Source: Paraspadella gotoi (Eukaryota > Animalia > Chaetognatha). Taken from it: a stretch of DNA of 64,000 bases. The stretch is taken from assembly GCA_051294375.1 (NCBI GenBank), contig CM119267.1, forward strand, positions 12,905,081-12,969,080. Direction: 5' to 3'. Shown piece after piece: positions 58,721 through 64,000 of this stretch. A program made the position numbers and the translations under genes. The first letter of the stretch is position 1. Every line of letters starts with the position of its first letter. Below the pieces are notes generated by a model. It did no database searches, was not told the DNA's origin, and saw only the letters and a program-made list of their open reading frames with translations.

Positions 58721-60243
58721 CGTAATAAAATAATCAAAGCATATAGATATTCACTGCTTTTACCATCAAGCAATTACAATATCTATATGCAACAACAAAA
58801 TGGTAGAATTATTCATTAAAAATAATATAAAAAGCCTGTCCAAAGTCAGGGGCAAGATAGCTTATTTATTGGAATGGATAATTTTTATATTGGTTGTACC
58901 AATTTCATAAGACAATAAACTACATGGAACCAAAATAGAATAACCAGTTGTTAACAATAGAGAGTCTTTGTGAAGAAGCAAAGAATTGACTTTGGTAAGT
59001 TACTGTTATTAGTAAGCACAACACTACTACTAGTTCAACCTGTAGGAGTTGATTGACAGTGTTCATTTGTTTGACTAGTATGCTAGAAATTATAAGTAAT
59101 AAGTTGGAATATCTATATTGTAAAATGCCGCAGTGGCGACATTGGTAAAGTCGGTGAGAGTGACGCAAATAACTCGGGATCGAATCCCGATGGTAACTCT
59201 TTTATTTATTTATGATTAGAGATTGAAGAAAGAGGGGTTGAAACCTACAAAAGATACAAATGCAAAAGAAAAAAAAATCCGAAAACGTCACTTTGCGTTG
59301 TTTGAAAAATAAATATGCACTTTATACATACAAATATAATTTTTTAAAATTTTAATCGTTTTATACTCGTGATTAATGTTGGTGCTGAGTCGTAACGCAT
59401 TTCTTGACGCATGTTATGTTAAAAATCATGCTTTATTTACCTTCCATGTAAGATCTCTTAAATGCCCTTTGCCCGCTTCCTCCGCTTCCTCTCATTCCTT
59501 CATTCTTCTTGTCTTCCTTTCCTCCCTTTCCTCCCTCTCACCGTCCTTTCCGTCTCTTTTTTTCCCAACAGTTTGTGATTAACGACAAAACAATTCAAAT
59601 GCAATGACAGCGTAACGATGAGAAGGAAGCCCCTTGATTACTTGCCTCTCCTCATCATCATCCTCCTCTTCCTTCTCCCCTTTTCTTCTCGAGACTCTTT
59701 CTCATCCCCCGTTTTTCCATTAGTCTTTTTCTTCTTATCTTAATTTTTTTTTTGTTCCCTCTCACCGGTTTTTTATTTCCAATTTCGTTCACGTTTTTAC
59801 CAAACAAAACGTTCATAAATTTAAGACTTGATGTGACTCAGTATAAAGCTGGCTAAAGCGGAAACAAAGATCAAAAAAAAACCAACCAATCGCTAGTGTT
59901 TGACTTATGTTATTTTCCCTGTTGTATCTCGGGACGTGACAGCGGTTTTCCTCCATGAGACGCGCCCATTGCGGAAGAATTGGATTAACGCCCGCTCTTC
60001 CCACTCGTTATTCCTTTCGGAGCCACGCGCGAAACATTACTGTCATTTTGTCTTCTCTTCGTTGTGCGAGGAATGACCCCAAATAAAAACCCCGAGTGAT
60101 GAATGATGGTCGCGGTCGCGGTCCATCGTTTTTGCATCATCGTTAAAATCCCTCCCATGGGAGCGAAAAAAAATAATAATCTGTGGGAAATTCAATTCGA
60201 TTCTTGTACTGCTTTTGTGAGTTTAAAGAATAGATAAAAAAAA

Positions 60244-62200
60244 CTCTCGCCAGACGGGCTTAAGCCCGTCTTGGGTAGGGCCAAATTTTGTGGTTCAGAA
60301 GTTTGATTTGGAAACTTTCCCAAATAAAACATACATTTCTGAGAAAACTTTCAATGGACCAAAATTTTCTAAAATGGCTAGAAGCATTAGTAATTAATTT
60401 TTTAATATTTATTTATAAATAAAAAATGTTAAAAAATTTTTTTAAATTTTTTTATTTTTAAAAGCATATTCAGATAGCTTATAAAAAGTTGTCTACACAA
60501 AATATAATTCTTTTTTTAATATTTTTATGAAAAGTGGGTCAAAATTGGGAAAAACCTAAAAAAAATCATCACCATCATCCGATAATTTTAGTAGTTTTTG
60601 TTAATTTTCAGCAATAAAACATCAAAATTTTAAAGAGTTGTAATTACATTTTTTGCATAACTTTTTAAGCTCTATCAGAATCAATTAACCATTTATTGCT
60701 TCTTTGTGCCGTTTTCATCGTCGTTACTCTGTTTTAACATTGAAAATAGCTCGAGCTAAAAATTTAGATATTTAAATTTGAAGTGTTTTAACTTATTCTT
60801 TCCATCGCTGCTGCTTCTGATTCATCAAAAAACGAGTTAAGCTCTGCAGAGGCTGTCCAGCAGCTGTCCATCTTCTCTATCTTTTTTTCTCTCTTTTTTC
60901 TCTTTTTCTGTTTTTTCGTTCTTTTTTTCTTCTTCTTTTTTTTCCTGTTTTTATTTTTCTTTCTTTTTTTTTCTCTCTTTCACTCATCCACTTATTTGTT
61001 TTATGATGAACGATTCATCGTGTCAATGACTATGAATGATTATCATCACAGCAATGAATGACTGTCATCGCAGCAATGAATGATTGTCATCGCAGCAATG
61101 AATGATTGTCATCGCAGCAATGAATGACTATCATCGCAGCAATAAATAACTATCATCGTAGCAATGTATGACTATCATCATAGCAATGAATAACTATCAT
61201 CGCAGCTGTAGTCGGGCATTGCAAAGTTCACCCCGCCTCTAAGCATGACACCTTCAGTCGTGACCCGGTGGCTCATTGAGTAAAGCCATCAGCTCATGAC
61301 CACTAGGTACATGGTTCAATCCTAACCCGGTACCTACCCTGCGGGAAGTGTGAGGACGGCCGTAAGCCGCCTTGGGGTTGTGGAAAACCCTCAAGCCTGG
61401 TTCCAAGCCCAGGACCCGTTCCATAGCTGTTAGAAGGGGTTATAGAAGTTACGGATAGTCATCTTCAGCCCACTTAGCGCCTTATCCACACTGGTGAGCC
61501 CATCCTGTCGAGCGTATTCCAACCTTCTGATTCCAGGCCCATGGACGTGCTGAAGATTGCTCCCCTCCCTCCACTGGAAGCAGTGCAGGGTGGGTTACAA
61601 TCAGCCCACTTAGCGCCTTATCCACACAGCAATAATTAATTATTATTATATTAATAATCAATTACTATTATATCAATAATCAATTACTATTATATTAATA
61701 ATCAATTATTATTATATCAATAATTAATTTTTTATTACATCAATAATTAATTTTTTATTACATCAATAATTAATTTTTTATTACATCAATAATTAATTTT
61801 TTATTACATCAATAATTAATTTTTTATTACATCAATAATTAATTTTTATTACATCAATAATTAATTTTTATTATATCAATAATTAATTTTTATTACATTA
61901 ATAATTAATTTTTATTACAATAATAATTAATTTTTAGTATATCAATAATTTATTTTTATTACATCTATAATTTATTTTTATTATATCAATAATTTATTTT
62001 TATTACATTAATATTTAATTTTTATTACATCACTAATTAATTATTATTCATCAATAATCAATTACTATTACATCAACAATCAATTACTATTACATCAATC
62101 AATCAATTGTTATTACATTAATAATTTGTTATCGTATCAATCTTATTTTTTTTTATTAATTTTCTTTGTTAGTAACGTCTGGCGAGATCACTATACTTTT
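60244..62200 (+). mobile_element. HINE-like family A element with internal ~22-23-bp minisatellites
   Basis: 5' CTCTCGCCAGACGGGCTTAAGCCCGTCTTGG; internal (ATGACTATCATCGCAGCAATGA)n and (AATTAATTTTTTATTACATCAAT)n; 3' TAGTAACGTCTGGCGAGATCACTATACTTTT. Confidence 0.72.
61207..61626 (+). mobile_element. TRIM with tRNA-like LTR (Helenus-like): LTR 61207-61490, short internal region, truncated second LTR
   Basis: TGT...ACA LTR ends; 4-bp TSD CAGC; TGGTGAGCCC directly after the LTR (PBS-like); G-rich GCAGGGTGGG before the repeated LTR 3' end; A/B-box-like motifs inside the LTR. Confidence 0.7.
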
Positions 62201-63106
62201 AAGATTTTTTTTCACTAAATTTTATAATATAATCACAGTTCCTTTTTACATCGATTTAATCGGCATGGAGTGCACAAGAATGAGATGTCCTGGGATACGT
62301 TTCCGGACCTTTAGGCTACTCAAAAAAAGGGTAATAAAATTTTTCCTAATGAGTTTTTTATAAATTAATATTAAAATTAGCTATATAAAATCAATAAAGT
62401 AGAATAAAAAAAATAAAAAATTGGTTTAAATTCTTTTAAAAATGAAAATATTATGCATCATCCATAATCTATAAACAATTTTCTTTCGTTTGAGTCCATA
62501 ACCATTATTCTATCTTTAATAGTATATTTGTAATTAATTTTTCTTTATTAAAATATTATTTAAATTTTTTTCCAAATAATTTAAATTAAAAAAAAATATA
62601 ACTAAGAAAAATTTTATGAAATTGGTACAACCAATATAAAAATTATCCATTCATTTAATAAATAAGCTATCTTGTCCCTGACTTTGGACAGGCTTTGGTG
62701 GTTTAAGGCCTCCATCACACTTACAAGATAATAACATAGCAGGTCCTTGCAAGCTTTCAATCAAGACTCTCTCACAGTCTTATTTATTCACTCCCAGTGA
62801 ACCTGGCTTCCCTATCAATGAAGTGGTATAATATTTCAAAGAATGTTTCAATTGTATGAAAAGACCACTCCCTACTTACCTACATAATATAGGCCTTCGA
62901 ATACATATATAGTAAGTTTATTATGATTATGTTTTGACATAAAAAATAAATAATTTCTAAAATTAAATTTATGAAAAAATTTTGTATTAATCACCTGTCC
63001 TCACATCTGACCACTTTCCTTTACTAAATTCTTTGTTGGAACTCTCCCTCTCTCTCTCTCTCTCTCACTCAATGTTTGTGAAATAAATTATTTGTGATTT
63101 CAAATG

Positions 63107-63141
63107 CTGATGAAGGCTTGAGTTGTAAGCCGAAACATGTC
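63107..63141 (+). ncRNA. Minimal type I hammerhead ribozyme motif
   Basis: CTGATGA-A-GGCTT-GAGTTGT-AAGCC-GAAA-CATG-TC. Confidence 0.68.
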
Positions 63142-64000
63142 CAAAGTTAATAAAAAACTTTATTGTTGTTCCACGAAAATTTTCTTTAATTAATGAAAAA
63201 ATTTATAACTTTGAATTTTTTTTAGCATAATAAACATAATTTTTAATTAATTGTTCATGATGCTTTTAATAGCTACCTGTCAGTTGTATCCTTCTCAATT
63301 ATAATAATTTTATAACTTCTTTTATTTTTAGTAATACTGACTGCTATTTGACAAAATCCAAAAATTACTGGTATTAAAAGTTCTCTATGAAACATACAAA
63401 AACTTTTTTTTAAATCGCATGCTAATTCATTTTGTGGAGTGATATAATTTTTTTTATTCTACTTTATTAATTTTATATAGCTAATTTTAATATTAAGTTA
63501 TAAAAAAATGTCACTAGGAAAAATTTTATTACCCTTTTTTTGTGTAGCCGATTAAATCGATGTTTTAGCAAAATTGGTCAAGATGCTTTTTACCGAAAGG
63601 TAATATCATTTTCCCTACTTAGAATACTGTCGACAACGCCGCAGGCGACGCGATTTTTATTTTATCTAATTCGTATTTCGTCAAGAAGTTCTCATATTCT
63701 TTCTTCCATTGGCATTGCTGTTGATTATTTAATATTTATGGACGTCTCATAAGAAGCCTGAATCGCTGTGTCAGCATCGTTCCGATTAGTGCCCGTATTT
63801 TCCAGTTTATACATTAAAACAAACATTATACAATATATTTCTGTGACATCAACCGGGATCAAAGGGGGCTCCGAAAGGAATTGGCTCGTTTTCGACTTGG
63901 GCTCCAGTTGCTGGCGAAATATTGGAGCGGTGCCAGATTTTTGTTTGGTCTAAAAATCTTTTTTCCAGTCTTCTAGAGAGAGAAAGATAGATTTTTTCTT

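Noticed and set aside
59127-59196. Functional tRNA gene (His-like)
   Set aside because: A/B-box-like motifs are present but the acceptor and anticodon stems do not pair well. More likely a SINE head or pseudogene; too weak to list.
59300-60200. CpG-richer promoter/5'UTR-like stretch (similar ones at ~29200-29370 and ~34570-35450)
   Set aside because: Composition alone; no assignable gene or defined motif.
63580-64000. Possible minus-strand exon at ~63840-63949
   Set aside because: Slightly GC-richer with an acceptor-like site, but no recognisable protein motif or resolvable frame.

Overview
Eukaryotic, invertebrate-animal-like genomic scaffold: AT-rich, with spliceosomal introns, GC/CpG-richer exons and three N-gaps. 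The species cannot be determined from the sequence. By hand-splicing at GT-AG sites I can build five host genes, all on the + strand: (1) an intronless ADAT1 (5155-6468), ending only 62 nt before the start of (2) an 8-exon PRMT5 (6531-13058); (3) a 5-exon, ~653-aa gene (13553-25371) joining an extended Tudor domain to two tandem, catalytically degenerate Schlafen/AlbA_2-like domains, which is the most novel-looking item; (4) a C2H2 zinc-finger exon (~37.5-38.6 kb); (5) a 2-exon MATH-BTB (SPOP-like) gene (42339-54285). The 9.6-kb intron of the Tudor-Schlafen gene holds an antisense, intron-containing, disabled RAG1-like/Transib transposase with a C-terminal Cys/His tail. The rest is nested transposon material: Helentron-associated (HINE-like) elements that bracket the long introns, hAT/Tc1/TTAA-type MITEs, a hATm-like fossil, Penelope-like ends carrying minimal hammerhead ribozymes, tRNA-containing LTR/TRIM elements and minisatellites. 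About 16.2-19.7 kb and 30.4-34.6 kb look like error-rich gap-fill. Family assignments rest on my recognition of motifs; no database searches were run.
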